From assembly GCA_030770535.1 (NCBI GenBank), contig JASVEC010000022.1, positions 310,001-374,000 of the forward strand: 64,000 nt of DNA. Direction: 5' to 3'. This document shows positions 36,148 to 49,972 of the stretch, in pieces (the stretch's first letter is position 1; each line of letters begins with the position of its first letter). This DNA is from Batkoa obscura. Taxonomy: Eukaryota. A model generated the notes under the pieces. That model saw nothing but the letters and a program-made list of their open reading frames with translations, was not told the origin of the DNA and did no database searches. The position numbers and the translations under genes are program-made.

Positions 36148-37216
36148 TTAAAATTCTACTTTAAAAGAATATTTACTTTTAGGTTCTTGAAACCTTTTAA
36201 AGATTAAATTCCAATCTTGAATTTGTAAGATATTTTTAATATATTGAGTTTTATCTAAGCCATGATCTAAAAGATAAGCATATCCCCATAAGTTAATACC
36301 TAATAAACATTTCATTTGTGGTTCTAAATTCATTATTGTTGGACTATTATTGGTACTATCTAAATTGATATTGGGTTGAAATTTATATAATGGGGATTCT
36401 ATACATTATTATTAGTTAATATTGTAGTTGTTTTATACTAGTATAAAAACAAACTTACCTGAGTTACTTGTGGCTATAATTTGAGCACGATTATTTTCAT
36501 AAACTAACCATAAGAAACCACCACCAAATAAAGAATTTCCTTGAGTTTGAAACTATAAAATAAACATTATTATTCTTCTTATTAAAGCATAAACATTAAA
36601 ATATACTTACTAATTCAACCATTTTATCAAAAGAACCAAAAGAGTCCAAAATCAATTGATTAATAATACTATTCATTTCCACTTTTTCTTTACTCTATTT
36701 TAATAAAACAAATAAATTAATAACTATATTCAAAATACAGTATAATATTATAGTTACCAAACTTTTAAGTGCAAAAGTAGAATTCCAAACTTGAGCAGCG
36801 GTATTATAAACTACTCTTTCTTCTAATACTTGAGAAGTTTTCATTATTATTTTTTCTAAATTATCATTTTCATAATTGGAGCCTGATAAGTAATTAAGTC
36901 CAATTAATATGTAATATTCATTAACTATATTGATGAAAGTTTACCTATAATCATTTTATTCAATGATTCAGTCCAATGTTTTTGAAAGTCATTATAAATT
37001 AATCGTAATGATTTACTACTTAATGCTGGTTCTAAACCTAAATCAGGATCAAAGGGTAAATTAGGTAAGTTATGAGTGGCTCGAATGGACTACAAATTTT
37101 CGAATTGTTATTAACATATTAACTTCTTTAACTAGATTGAAACTTACAGTAAATTTTAAAGTATTCTTTTTGTTGATATTTATCAAATTGTTTATTAAAT
37201 ATTTTCTCATCATCAT
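36148..37216 (-). CDS. Fe/Mn-SOD-fold protein lacking metal ligands; probable mitoribosomal mS42/mS43 (Rsm26/Mrp1-like)
   Basis: HNLPNLPF..GLEPALS, AAQVWNSTF, FGGGFLWLV, LLGINLWGYAYLLDHG; basic N-terminal presequence. Confidence 0.75.
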
Positions 37217-38185
37217 TGTATTTTTATTTTTTCTATTTTAGTTAAAAGTTGATGTATTCTATCCCAGCTGTATTATACCAACTATATTTGAGAAAATAAA
37301 ATTTGAATTTTTATTGAAATTCAAAATCCACAGCTCATTGGATTTTTGAAACTATCCCATAATTTATTACTCTGAGTTATTATCGTTGGTAAATTTTAGT
37401 TTTGAATAATAAAATAATGAGTTTAACAAAGGGTGTTTATATCACATTCCAATATACAAATATGTATATTTTAGTACTCTTATTATTATTGTGACTAACG
37501 TTCAATGTTTAGAATATTAATTTGAATAATGATATATAAATATTGATCTATAAAGTTATAAACTAATAAACAAAAATAAAAAAATAAAGGCAAAAATTAA
37601 GTATTTACATAACTAAAATTATAAAGCCCTATATAACTTTATTAATATTACAATATAATATTAATATTACAATATACAAATATAAGTTAAAAGCAATTAA
37701 TGTATGTTAATAAGAAAACCGTGGTCATATTTCGTAGTTTTTGAAATTCTAATTAGAAGATGTAATAATTTCTATTGAGTTTTGGCCATAAATAATAGTT
37801 TTCGAATTACGGTAAATAGAATAAAATTGATCGGAGAAAGCTAAAATTATTAAGCGAATGCATCCAAAAGTATGAAATAATATTTTATTGGAGAAAAGTC
37901 TAGATATAAATTCCAGTTATTGGCTTAATTATCCTCCAGAAGCATTTGTTATGGGTTTACAGTTCCTTCTAAAAAGCAATTAAAATGTGGCAAATGTGTT
38001 ATTTCCAAGGTTTTATTTGTTAATTAAATTAACAGCTACTCTTTTAGATCTAGTGGGACCAATTAGAGTGGCTTTATAGACTAAAAATTATAATTAATTC
38101 TCTAAGTCATTAAAAAAGAAAGGTATAAATTGGACTGTAAAAATATCACTTTCCCATTTTTTTAATACAAAAAATTTAATTAAAC

Positions 38186-38739
38186 ATGGTAAATATTTCT
38201 AAAATTCATTATATATTACTTTTCATAAACAATAATTCATTAAATTTATCTAATCAATAGAGTGAACACTTTTCTGAAACCCAAATTCAAGAACTTAAAG
38301 AAGCTTTTAAAGTCTTTGATTCTGATAATGATGGTAAAATCAATGGTAGTGATGTAAGCAAGATTATTTCCACATTGAGTTTTGATGTCAACAATGTCAC
38401 CCTTAATGGATCTATTGATTTTAAAGAATTTTTAAATGTTATGTCTAAACGTACCAATAAATCATTAAATGATTTGGAAGTTGATTATAAAGTAGCTTTT
38501 GCTTCTTTTGATAAAGATAATAAAGGTTCTATTTCAAAAGATGATATTGCTAGAGTTTTAGCTTCTATTAATGAAAATATCTCTCAATCTGATATTGAAG
38601 AAATTATTAAATATGCTGATGTCTCTGGTGACGGTCAAATTAGCTATGAAGAATTTGTTAAACTTATGGTAAGTTCATTTTTTGTTTCCACTGTATTGTA
38701 TATTTATTCTTTCTTTAGGTTGAAGGTGTTAACCATTAG
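38186..38739 (+). CDS. Calmodulin-like EF-hand protein; exons 38186-38188, 38261-38668, 38719-38739
   Basis: ATG-only first exon; ELKEAFKVFDSDNDGKI, FDKDNKGSI, ADVSGDGQISYEEF. Confidence 0.85.
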
Positions 38740-39957
38740 ATTACCTTCCCCCCTTTTATAATAAACTTTATGAAATTTATTAAAGTATTAGCTAATATTA
38801 TTAATTTATTGTTTTATTAATATATAACTACTTTTTAAGCAATGTTTAATTTGCAATCTTTTATTTTAAAAATATATTGTTGTCATACTGGTAGACTTGT
38901 TTGAACCACTATCACCAATCTAATACAATTTGACCTCTTTCTTCTCTACATATCCCTGTTGGTTACCCTATCTTTAAATAAATTTTAGAAATAAAATACT
39001 TGTAGGCATCTACTTCAAGGTTTCAAGAAAACAGTATTGCTTACTTATTATATCAGCTTAATAATGATATTTTTGTTTTTAGATTATTATAATACAATTT
39101 ACTATGTATTAACGATTACTATTGAAATAGAAAAAATAACAAATTCAAGTTTATTAGAGGTGAATCAATTAATTTTTAGATAGATAGTTTCCTAAATTAA
39201 TTTTAAACAGTGACTCAATTAATTTCGACTATTTGTGTTCAATAAATTTCAGTATTTTTTAGAAATATGATATTTCAAAAATAAAATTATATTCTCATAT
39301 GAAATAATATAATTTCATGTTTTGTTATTCAAAACAATGATACCACAGTCAAAAGTTTTGTTTTTAATCTACAATAATTTAATCATTTAAAAATAAAAAT
39401 AAAAATAAAATTACATTTATCATTTTTAAATGATGGATTAACCGAAAAGAATAGTTGAACGATGGATAAAAAAATTAGAATGCTAGTTGGATTCTAAGTT
39501 ATTTATAGTTTACCAATAAGAAATTTAAGTTGCGCTACGTAGCATACATATCCTCAATTGATAAATATAACTTATTTTAAAGAAACTATCTTAAATTTAC
39601 TGCATTGATAACAAATAGCCGATTCTAAATCAATACTTTATTATAAGTAGTAAAAATATAATAAAGGATATGATCAAGTGGAGATATAAAATGACAAAGT
39701 AATAAAGTTTTTAACCCAAATTTTATAACTTAGCCAATCAGTGATAGCCTTAAAATACTGGAGAATAAAGCCACTTATAGAGTAGTAAAACAGAGTACTC
39801 CTGACTAAGATTTTCGAATATTCAGAAAGTTCTATCCAATTCGGCTTGTAACTAGATTCATAAATAAAACTTATTGGCTGGCCTAATTTCTCCAATAAAG
39901 ACTATAAAATAAAAATAAAAATTTAAAGCACAACTAATTTCTTAATTATAAATAAAA

Positions 39958-40498
39958 ATGTCAGATCATCTCGCTGCTCGTCGTAAAATCCTTATCGCTT
40001 ATGATAACTCCGAAATTTGTAAAAATGTCTTTAACTGGTAAGTTCATAATATAATATTAATTTAACTTTAACTCATCTATTCCGAATAGGGCTAAACAAC
40101 AAATCTTCCGTCCTAACCAAGATCATGTCACTATTATAACTGTAACTGAAAATGGAGAAAGTTTCTTTGAAGCTAACTATGTTCAAACTATGTTAAGTGG
40201 TAAAATGGGTTTTGAACAACGTAAAAATTTCCAAAAAGAAGTCAGTGAAAAAGCTGAAGAAGCTGTAGCTAAACTTAGTGGTGAACTGAGTGAAATGGGT
40301 ATTACTTCTAACCCATACGTTATAAAAGCTGAAGATGCTAAAGATGCTATTGTTGAAGCTACTAAAACTCTTAAAGCTGATCTCTTGATCATTGGTTCTC
40401 GTGGTCTTCACCCATTCAAACGTGTTATTTTAGGTTCCGTTTCAGAATATTGTATCAATAACTGTGAATGCCCAGTTTTAGTACATAAAGGTCATTAA
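39958..40498 (+). CDS. Universal stress protein (UspA family), 2 exons
   Basis: RKILIAYDNS...ADLLIIGSRG..KRVILGSVSEYCINNCECPVLV. Confidence 0.9.
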
Positions 40499-40904
40499 AT
40501 TTTATTCTCTTACTATATTGCCATATAATAAAATATTAGTCTCTCTTTTTAAAATGTTCTTTTTGTTATCAGTCATTTAATTTTAAGCATTATCTGTTCT
40601 CAATAAAGTCAATAGTTTATTCTAATGTTAAAGTTAAAGATTAAATTAGCCTTAAGATAAGAGATAAATATTATAAAAGTAAATATTAAAGATTTAAGAA
40701 GTAAACAGCATAAATGGTATAAATATAATAAACAATAATAAACAAAAGAAATAAAATTATAATACCATTTAATCTAAGTTAAAGTTAATTAATTTCTAGT
40801 TTGATTTACATAATTAGATTAAGTTTTAAAGATGAAATTTAGATAAAATTTGTAAACTACTAACAATTTTCAATGATTACTTAAACTATCCACATAGAAA
40901 AATA

Positions 40905-42259
40905 TTAGCGAGCTCTACTGGACTGTGTTTGAGTCCAAGAGAGATAAGTATGGTCTCCAAGTTTTCTAATAAAAAAGGTTAAAAGATAGAAAAAAACAAA
41001 AATTTAAATTAATACCTTGGTTTATAAATATGACGTGCTGTAAATATAATACCTGCAATTACACATATAGCTCCCATAGTTATATAAGCGATACCTAATG
41101 ATGGATTTCTACCACCAAATCTACCAACAGTTGACATAACAATTGCTTTTCTACCTCCATAATCGGTAATATTATACTCTATTAAAAATTAGATTAAAAT
41201 TAATAAAACATTAAGAAGACTTACTCATATAAATTTCAATTTCATAAGTACCAGCTTGTAATACATCATCGGTATTTTTACCATACAGTTTACGAAAACG
41301 AGGTAAACCGGCAGTCCTGAACCAAACTTGTAGATGTTCATCTTCTTCAAGGTTAGGTGGCGGATATTCTTTAGTATATTTCCCATTAGGATAGCTGTCC
41401 GCCCAAAAAGGGGGTGGTACTATGCTATCGTATGAATAATCTCTTTTTTTAAAAAATAAATTTTTATCTGCTTCCAAACTAATTCCTTTTTCAGTAAAGC
41501 TGTAGCTCTTATTATCTGTTCCTTTACCAGTGATGTTGGTAAATGTATCTAGTTCAAAATTAGCTAATTTATTTTCAAAAAAGTATGTTTTTTACCATTA
41601 AATACTGAATTTGCAATTAATCCGCAAGGGTAATACATTACACTCCTATCATCTTTATTTGGGTAAGCAAGGGGCTTACAACTAGCTTCAAGAGCGTCAT
41701 CTGTTTGAGGACTGTCATTCAACTTAAAATCACCTTTAAGTTGTTGATAAGATAACGACTTGACATAAAATCGATGGTTTTGATAAAAGTTACTCAACTC
41801 ATAATAAAGATATACAGGAGGGTTGATGTTGGTATGTACATTGAAGCTGATGGTACACTTTGGGGCAGTAATGTTATTTGGATTATTTGGTAAAGGAACT
41901 ACATTACTTTTATAAGTTGGTATTGGGATTTGCTTTTCTTCACTTGAAGGTATTGAAAATTTATAATATTCAGTAGGTATAGGTATTGGTGATTCACCTG
42001 CTGATGCACAGTCAGTATAATCTATATATATTTCAGAAACCTAAAAAAAATATTTAAAAAAATAATGTCATTTTTTGTTATAAATTACTTGTTCACTTAA
42101 AGAAAGAAACAATCCACCAAGTGGAGCAAAGATAGCACCAAGAACAAATAAAGTTGGTAATACAGCTTTTGGAGTAAGGATTGGTTGCCATGATCTTAAT
42201 CGCTGTTGTTTAAATGCTGTATTTGGTGGCTTTCTGGATTTTCTTTCTGGTTCCGACAT
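40905..42259 (-). CDS. CDC50/LEM3-family flippase beta subunit, multi-exon
   Basis: [61 protein letters not shown]. Confidence 0.95.
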
Positions 42260-43091
42260 TTTTTTAATAAAAGCTTAAAAAATAAAGACAAAGTTTTTTA
42301 TTGGTAAGTTTAGTTTTGAGTTTAGCGGACAAATCTCACTTAGCATTGAAAATAAAATTTAAGCCACTGATTATATTCGCTATATAATATAATAATATGT
42401 TATAAACTACAATTCACATGATTAGAATATAAATTTATAGAATTCATTAACTTCCAGCTTCATATAAATAATAGCACTTTGAAATTCTATTATTATACTC
42501 TTAGTTTAAGAACTTCAATTATTGCTAAAACTCAAGGAGTTCAAGTATGCTTTTTCAACAAACTCCATATTTAATTTCTTTAAATCTGGAGATTGTTTAT
42601 TTTAAATTCTATTGCAATATTTTATATAAAACTTTAAAATAATACAAAGACTAATTAAGTATGAATAAAATAGCTTAAGCTCTAATAAAATTTCAAAATA
42701 AAAGTAGTTAAAGTAATACTATCAAATAATGATACAAGTCTTTTTAATACAACTAATTGCAAAAAGAGATAACTTATAATAGTTAAAAATTAAATTACAG
42801 TTCATATAAAATTAAAAATTAAATCAAAACAATCTATTTTCTTAAAGTTCAAATTTAAGTACATTAATATTATAGTTTAGAATCTATATTGGAGTTATCT
42901 TAAAAAGAGATGAAACCAAATAAATTATAGAAGAATGTGTAAAAGAGGGACAAGAGGTAATTACTATTATGAAATTAATTTTCAAAATGATAAATTGAAT
43001 TCAGATATGAAAGCGTTTAGCATATTAAAAGTAGGTCAATAAAAGGTCATGTTAATAACTATATATCAATTCATAAAAAGAACAACGTTAT

Positions 43092-44857
43092 TTAATGCGA
43101 TACAGCACACATCCAAATACGTGTTTTATAAATTTTAAATAACTCACGGACAAGATCACGGAAATCAATTCTACGATCAGCTATAAAGTAAAAGGTCAAT
43201 TTACGACGATCCCTAAATTAAATTAGTATTTAGTTTAACAATAAGCAATAAAAATTACCATTGATATTCAGCATCAACAATTTGCATATAAATCTCATGT
43301 TGAATTGCTTTAGCTCTTACGAGCATAAGTGCCTTTTCCTCATCTTGTAATTTTGAAACAAGGCTAGCAGTTTCATGTGGAAGAGCAATACGGTATATTT
43401 TCTTTGGTTCAATCTCTTTTATTGCTTGAGACCCATCTGGTCCAGCAGTAATTTGGCTAAATTGATTTTTGTATTCATCAATTGTTATGTCAGTTCGAAT
43501 TATTATTCCTAAGTCTTTACCACGATCACCTTCAACAATTACATGTTCTCCCATCTTAATCACGGGTGCACAATCTGGTGCTGGGTAAAATAAATCATTA
43601 CGATTACCTTTGAACTCTACTACATAGTAAGTTTCTTTCTTTGGGCCATTATTAGTAGTGCGTGGAGTTTCAATAGGTTCTAAATCAAGTTCAAATTGCT
43701 CAATTTGGTCGTCCTGATCTTCCTTTAAAGTATCAAGCCTTGGTGCCTCTGCTTGTTCCATTTGGGATTGCTTTCTATTTGGAAAAGCAGAAGCAGCAAC
43801 TGAGTGACGACGATTGAGAATATGTGCATATTCTTCAAGAGTACTAGAAATATAAATATAAACATACATAAAACCAAAAAATATCTTACAGAGTTTCCAT
43901 TTGGGCATTCAAATCATCGTATGGATTATATGGTCCAAAGTTAGGGGTTAAAGACATTCTACGTGCTAAAGAAACACGATAATACTCATTAGGATTTAAA
44001 GCAAAAGGTGGCTCATTTTCATACTCCTGATTTAATGATCCACTGAGCTGTGGAGATCCAACATAATCTCTATACAAAGGAGAACGATCAATAGGAGCAC
44101 CAAACATAGGAGACATTGATGAAGACAAACGATCCATATTAAATTTTTCATCTTTAAGGGCATTCATTGGATTACGAGATCTACTAGGAAATTCAGCTGT
44201 AGCAACGTTACGAGTACGTCCGTAAGCTGACATTGGTGTGTCAGAAGGATTATAAGAAGAACGTCTTGGTGATAACATAGAATCCTGGAAATTATTGATG
44301 TAGCTTCTTCCTAAAGGAGACTCAGGTGCTTTATTGAAACTTGGTGAGCGAGCCTGTTCAACTGGAGAAGTATAATCATTTGGCCATATATCTTTATTAG
44401 GCCACCCCCCTAGAGAAGAACTAAGAGGATCTGGTCTATTAAGTCTAGTATTAGGCGAAGTTCCAAGTGAAGAAGAAAACCCGTTATAATAATCAAAATT
44501 ACTTTGAGGTACAACCGAGATACTTGCTGCACGAGTAACCTTTGGATTATTACTTAATGGATTAAAAGAATTTGATATGTTTGAAAGACTTTGAAAATTC
44601 TTTTCTTGATTATTCCCAATTGGAATTTGGGTAGGTAACTTAAGTCGAGAATTTAATGAGTCATTAGTAAACGAAGACTTACTTAATGGAGATGTTGGAG
44701 AAGTAGGAGAAGTAGGAGTGCTATCTCCAGGTGGGGTGATTATTGTATTTTTGGGTGTGCTCTTGAAGAAATTAATTTTTTAAAGCTTTATAAAACCAAT
44801 GCTTACCTGATCAGCAGAAATATCAATTTTTTCAGTCGACTTTGTTGAAGTGGTCAT
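43092..44857 (-). CDS. PSP1 C-terminal domain protein, multi-exon
   Basis: [59 protein letters not shown]. Confidence 0.9.
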
Positions 44858-45668
44858 TAAGATTTAATTAAAATGATGTTACTAGGTTGTATATATAAAT
44901 AGCTCTATGAATCTATGAATGAGTCTATAGAATCTCCCATACAACTTAAAAAGCAAAGGGTAACTTAAATTAAGCTTAGAAAAGAAATAGTTGAAAGTTT
45001 TTAGGGGGTATTCTTTTAACCTATCTATTGATTTGCTATTCTTATTACCAGGATGGTAACTAAAATAATTTTAAACAAACCAATGAAATGAAATTAAAAA
45101 ATTAATCCAACTTTCATTTGCCTCACAAATTAATGAATGTGAAGCTGGTAGCCAATTGAATAGTTATATCAACCACCTATGCAAAATGTATATCGCATTA
45201 ACATCAGTTCTAAATAAACTATAAATGTAATATTACCACATTAATCTACATTTCAATAACAATGGTAATATTATAATATTCCATAATTTATTTGCTTCTA
45301 GATTTCTAAACTCTTGATCTTATTTTTAATATCATTTATTCAGAGAGCTACTTGATAACAATAGTTGTATTGATATTGGACTATAAGCGTTGTAAATTGA
45401 ACAAAGGTCTTACTTTAAAACTTTAACTTTAACTTAACTTTTATTCTCAATTAGGCTCTTTTCTTTTGTCATTTTAAACGGCTCTGAGATAAAGGGTTGA
45501 TATAAAATAATAGAATTATTATAGTTTAGTAGATTAAAATGTAAGATATGGCGTCTCTAGATTATGTGAAAATTGATATTTTTATTCTATAAAAAAATAT
45601 AATTGTCCTTAGTTTTGCAGTTTTATTTAATTATACTAAATACGCATTCTGATACCGCGATTATAGTG

Positions 45669-45842
45669 TTTTCTAAAGTAATTTGATTTTTTGGGCAAGT
45701 CTATTTCCTAAGGGCATAGAATTATACTGGTTTAATTTTTTTCAAGTAAAATTATCATAGTTTTAGACATAAAAAAAAATTACTGTTGCAATCAACAACT
45801 TAAAATTAATTCTAGCCCAAAAAATTGGATTACTTTAGAAAA
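45669..45842. repeat. Short TIR element (~27-bp imperfect arms)
   Basis: ttttctaaagtaatttgattttttgggc vs gcccaaaaaattggattactttagaaaa. Confidence 0.55.
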
Positions 45843-45849
45843 TATCCTG

Positions 45850-45941
45850 TGGGGATGTATTTTTTTAAAATTTTACTAACAATCTTTCCACTCAAACAGC
45901 GTTTAAAAAATGGAAAAAGTGATGAAACCAAAAAGACTCCC
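45850..45941 (+). mobile_element. MITE family 1
   Basis: TGGGGATGTATTTTT and core conserved. Confidence 0.7.
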
Positions 45942-46127
45942 TTTTACATATTCGTTTAACCAATAGCAAGGTCTTTTTTTATAAATATTTTGGGACAGTT
46001 TTGATTTTCATAAAATTGTTACAATCGAAACATTTGAAAATATTTCCAGGGATATTAAAATGTTTGTCATGCATACTATTTATAAAAGTAAGGAATTAAT
46101 TTTATTATTAAACCTATTTTTAAATTT

Positions 46128-47144
46128 ATGAGTAAACAAACTTCATTTATCAATCAGGGTCGTGCTATTGAATATTTCAAGAAAATTAGATATTATAATG
46201 ACGACGATGATGAAAAATCAAAACCGTTTCCAAAGTGTAGTTATGAAACTTTATGTGAAATTTTAAGCTTACAGCTTAAAGCAATACCATTTGGTGCATT
46301 ATGTTTTAGCTATTATAATGACTCTAATAGTTCTGTATCTGAAAGTAACAACACCAACCCTACTGTCCATGGCGATACAAAGATTAGTACAAAAATAGAG
46401 GATATATTTGAAAAATTAATAATAAAAGGAAGAGAAGGCTACTGTTTTGAGCAGAATAGTTTATTGATTAATATATTAGAATTTTTAGGTTTTGAATGTA
46501 TGTTGGGCACTTCAAAAGTCATAGACATTCCTTTGTATTTGAGAACAAAACAAGTAGATGTAGGTGGGTTTCAACATATAGTAGTTGTTGTTTCACTTGA
46601 AGGTAAACTCTACTTATTAGATGCTGGGTTTGGACCAAAAGGACCATCCAAGCCAATGGATATCTCATATGGTGGTATTGTATTAAACGAATCAGGAGTG
46701 CAACTTAGAGTTACTGAAACTAAAGTTCCAGAGGAGGGTCATGTACATCATACATTCCATCCTAAAGCATATGTTTTAGAGTTTAGGATGCAACTTAATA
46801 CTAATGATACAGAGGGAGTTCAATTTACGCCATGGGGACCACTTTATTACTTTTCAATGGCAATCTGTTACCCTAATGATATTGAGGTAATGAATTTCTA
46901 TATGTGTCATCATCCGCACTCTCTTTTTATTCGTCACATCGTTTTATCAAAATTTATTGATAATGGTCAAGTATCTCTTTTGGATAATAGACTAAGGATT
47001 TATAAAAATGGTAAACCGGAGCTCAAAGTGATGCTTGAAACTGAGGGTCAAAGAAGAAAGGCATATAAAGATTATTTTTCTATTGAACTACCAGAAAATT
47101 TTAATGAACATTTGCCTCTTGAGTATGGCCGTGATAAATTATAA
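46128..47144 (+). CDS. Arylamine N-acetyltransferase family protein, intronless
   Basis: IPF, GREGYCFEQN (catalytic Cys), QHIVVVV (His), LLDAGFG (Asp). Confidence 0.92.
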   Translation: MSKQTSFINQGRAIEYFKKIRYYNDDDDEKSKPFPKCSYETLCEILSLQLKAIPFGALCFSYYNDSNSSVSESNNTNPTVHGDTKISTKIEDIFEKLIIKGREGYCFEQNSLLINILEFLGFECMLGTSKVIDIPLYLRTKQVDVGGFQHIVVVVSLEGKLYLLDAGFGPKGPSKPMDISYGGIVLNESGVQLRVTETKVPEEGHVHHTFHPKAYVLEFRMQLNTNDTEGVQFTPWGPLYYFSMAICYPNDIEVMNFYMCHHPHSLFIRHIVLSKFIDNGQVSLLDNRLRIYKNGKPELKVMLETEGQRRKAYKDYFSIELPENFNEHLPLEYGRDKL

Positions 47145-48021
47145 TTTACTAAATTTACTAAGTTTGTATCCTTTACAACTACCTAACGATATGCTAAATC
47201 TATAAACTTTTCTCAATGAAACAAAATTGGGTTTGTAAATATTGGTAACTTTTAGACTTTATGATTTTTATATTTTTATATTTTATATATTAATTGAAAT
47301 GTAGCATCAGAATTTTTTTTATAGAGAATTCACATTGCTCTAAGCATTAAGATAATCAGATACAACTAAATACAGCTATAAAACCTTGAATTAAAATAAA
47401 TTATATAGGGAACTATGGTTTAATAAAAATAAAAAATAGAAATAGGAAGTAATTAAATAAAACTTGTGGCTTATAATTGTCAAATATTATTAATTCTATC
47501 ATGAATTTAAAAAAAATATTGACACAAATGCTCTAGCTATGAACTTGTAATTTCTATTAAATGTTTCTTTTTTTTACTAATGCTATAAACAATGTAAATA
47601 AAAGGTACATAATGTATATAAATCAAATGCAAAATTATTATTTATTTAACAGATAGGCATTCATACAATTTGATAATTATTTTTTTATCCATCTTCGAAA
47701 AATTTCAAGTGATGTTTTTCAAAAATAAAAAAATAAAAAAATAATAAATATAATTAATAATTATATCAAATGCTATTTATTTCTTATTATAAAAAAACCA
47801 TTATTTGATTTCATTGCAGCCCCACAAAATACTGTTCCTCCTTACCCAACGTCTGGATTAATTTATACAAGATAGAATTTAAAGATGCTAAAATAGTCTT
47901 GTCCAGATCAAAAGCATGTACTCAAGGACTTGAGTATCTTCCTCTGGTCGCCTGATTGATGTTTCTTCTTCCTTCGGTTACCTCTTCTTACCTGCCCGCG
48001 CCTTTTAACCCATTCTAAATA

Positions 48022-48122
48022 CGGAGATGTATTTTTTTGTATAAGAATTTTACTAACAGTCTTTCCGCTTAAACAGCGCTTAAAAAATGAAAAAAGTGAT
48101 GAAACCAAAAAAAACATCATCA
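48022..48122 (+). mobile_element. MITE family 1
   Basis: Core conserved, TA flanks. Confidence 0.7.
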
Positions 48123-48496
48123 TATAATAAAAAACTAATGAGCTTTAAAAATATTAGTTATTTTATAAACGTATTAGTTATTCTTAGTTTATGATTGTTT
48201 GCTATGAGAATTAAAATGGACCTTGTGAACTGCACTTTTACATTGCTTAAATTTAATTTTGGTTAATTAATCTAAGGACATACAGTTAGAAATTAACTAT
48301 GTTTATTTATAAAGTTATTAAAGATTAGATAATTATACTAAACTTATGATAATCTCAACAGCGGAATCTAACCTTGTGATCTATTCATCTAAATATCAAA
48401 AATTAACATTTGTCAAAAATAACATTTATTTTTCTCGATTTTAAAAAAAAATAAAACTATAATAAATACAAATCTTTTTATTAAAAAGAAATACAT

Positions 48497-48676
48497 CTAA
48501 TAATAAGGGGTAGTGGTAGGACAAGTTCCTTGTACAGTTTTAGTAACATAAGTGACAGTAGTGCTAGTAACAACTTTGGTGACATCTTTACATCTCTTTC
48601 CATGACTGTAATCATAACCATAGCCTTGGGCAAAGGCAGAGGTAGCAAGTAATACAACGATAGTTAAAAATTTCAT
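48497..48676 (-). CDS. 'Short' secreted PYY peptide, cassette E (59 aa)
   Basis: Same protein as A/B; synonymous Thr changes near the end and TAG stop. Confidence 0.87.
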   Translation of the reverse strand: MKFLTIVVLLATSAFAQGYGYDYSHGKRCKDVTKVVTSTTVTYVTKTVQGTCPTTTPYY

Positions 48677-49308
48677 ATTGGTTCTGATTTTGATTTTGAT
48701 AGTTCGGTTTTATTTTTTTATAATTTTAATCTTAGTCATGATAGTTTATATATACTTTGGTTGTGTAAACAGTTGCTAGAGAATCATTATGGGGGATAAG
48801 CCTCTGTTTAGAAGGATGACTATTTTTACAATTTATGATAAGATAAACTATAAATAAAAAATAGCTTTATTAATAAATCAAAATATCTTTTGAGAAATTA
48901 GTATATTCAAGTGAAGTTTTAGTAGTTCATTTCAATATAGTAAGTTCCGATTCTTTATTAATGAAAGCAAATTATTTAAAGCAATGCTACTGAATTTGAT
49001 GCTTGACTAAAAAAACTAAAATTAGAAAATTAGGAAACTAAAAATTAAAAACTAAAATTTGACTTTCGAAAATAACTTAAAAAACTTTAAAGAATTAATA
49101 CAAACTAAAGTCTTTACTTCTTACACAAGACAATATTTTGACCTTATAATATATGACAATGAGGTAGCTTATTGACATTTGTTTCAATTATAAAAATAGA
49201 TTTCTTTAAAAGCGCATCTTTTTTATATATTTTAAAATTAGTTTTTGTCTGGTTATAAAAAGGGAGATGGTAATGTCTTATCCTTTATAACAAAAAAAAT
49301 AAAAAAAG

Positions 49309-49602
49309 ATGAAATTCGTAATATTTAGCTCAATGGTACTCTCTTTATCAGCTATCAATGCTGCATATCAAAATGATTATGGTAACGATGGCGGTTATGG
49401 TGGCGGCTATGGATGTAAACCAAAGACAGTTACAAAGACTTCAATTGTAACTCAGACTAAAACTACTACTGTAACTAAAAAACCAACTGATTGTCCTACT
49501 CCTTGTTATCCTAAAACAGTTACTTCTACTAAAGTTGTTACTTCTACTGATACTAAGACTGTTACTGTTAAACCCACTTACTGCCCTACACCTTATTATT
49601 AA
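49309..49602 (+). CDS. 'Long' secreted PYY protein, cassette E (97 aa)
   Basis: As A/B minus one GGGY unit. Confidence 0.87.
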   Translation: MKFVIFSSMVLSLSAINAAYQNDYGNDGGYGGGYGCKPKTVTKTSIVTQTKTTTVTKKPTDCPTPCYPKTVTSTKVVTSTDTKTVTVKPTYCPTPYY

Positions 49603-49805
49603 AATTGGTTCTATAACCTTATTTTTTAAATATTAAGTTGTTTATAGTTTGATTTTAAATTTATTTATTAGAAGTTAACAATAAATTTAGTAAATTAACT
49701 CAAATTTTTTGATTATTATTAGAACATTATATAAATTAATTTATTCAAGGTAATATATAAAAACAATGATATTTTTAATTACTTGAATTTTAATTTAATA
49801 ATATA

Positions 49806-49903
49806 TGGGGATGTATTTTTATGTTTAAGAATTTTACTGATAACTTTTCCACTTAAATAGCGCTTAAAAATGGAAAAAGTGATGAAATTAAAAAATACCC
49901 CCA
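49806..49903 (+). mobile_element. MITE family 1
   Basis: TGGGGATG...TACCCCCA, TA flanks. Confidence 0.75.
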
Positions 49904-49972
49904 TACCTTTCTATTGTAAAACCCTACTATATACAAAAGAATCAATGTTATATGAATTTCATTTATTTAGCA

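Noticed and set aside
39674..39895. 73-aa ORF upstream of the USP gene
   Set aside because: Non-ATG start, lies in the promoter region, no motif
47810..48123. 71-aa ORF and slightly GC-richer segment
   Set aside because: ORF starts inside a MITE; no recognisable motif; at most an unidentified relic
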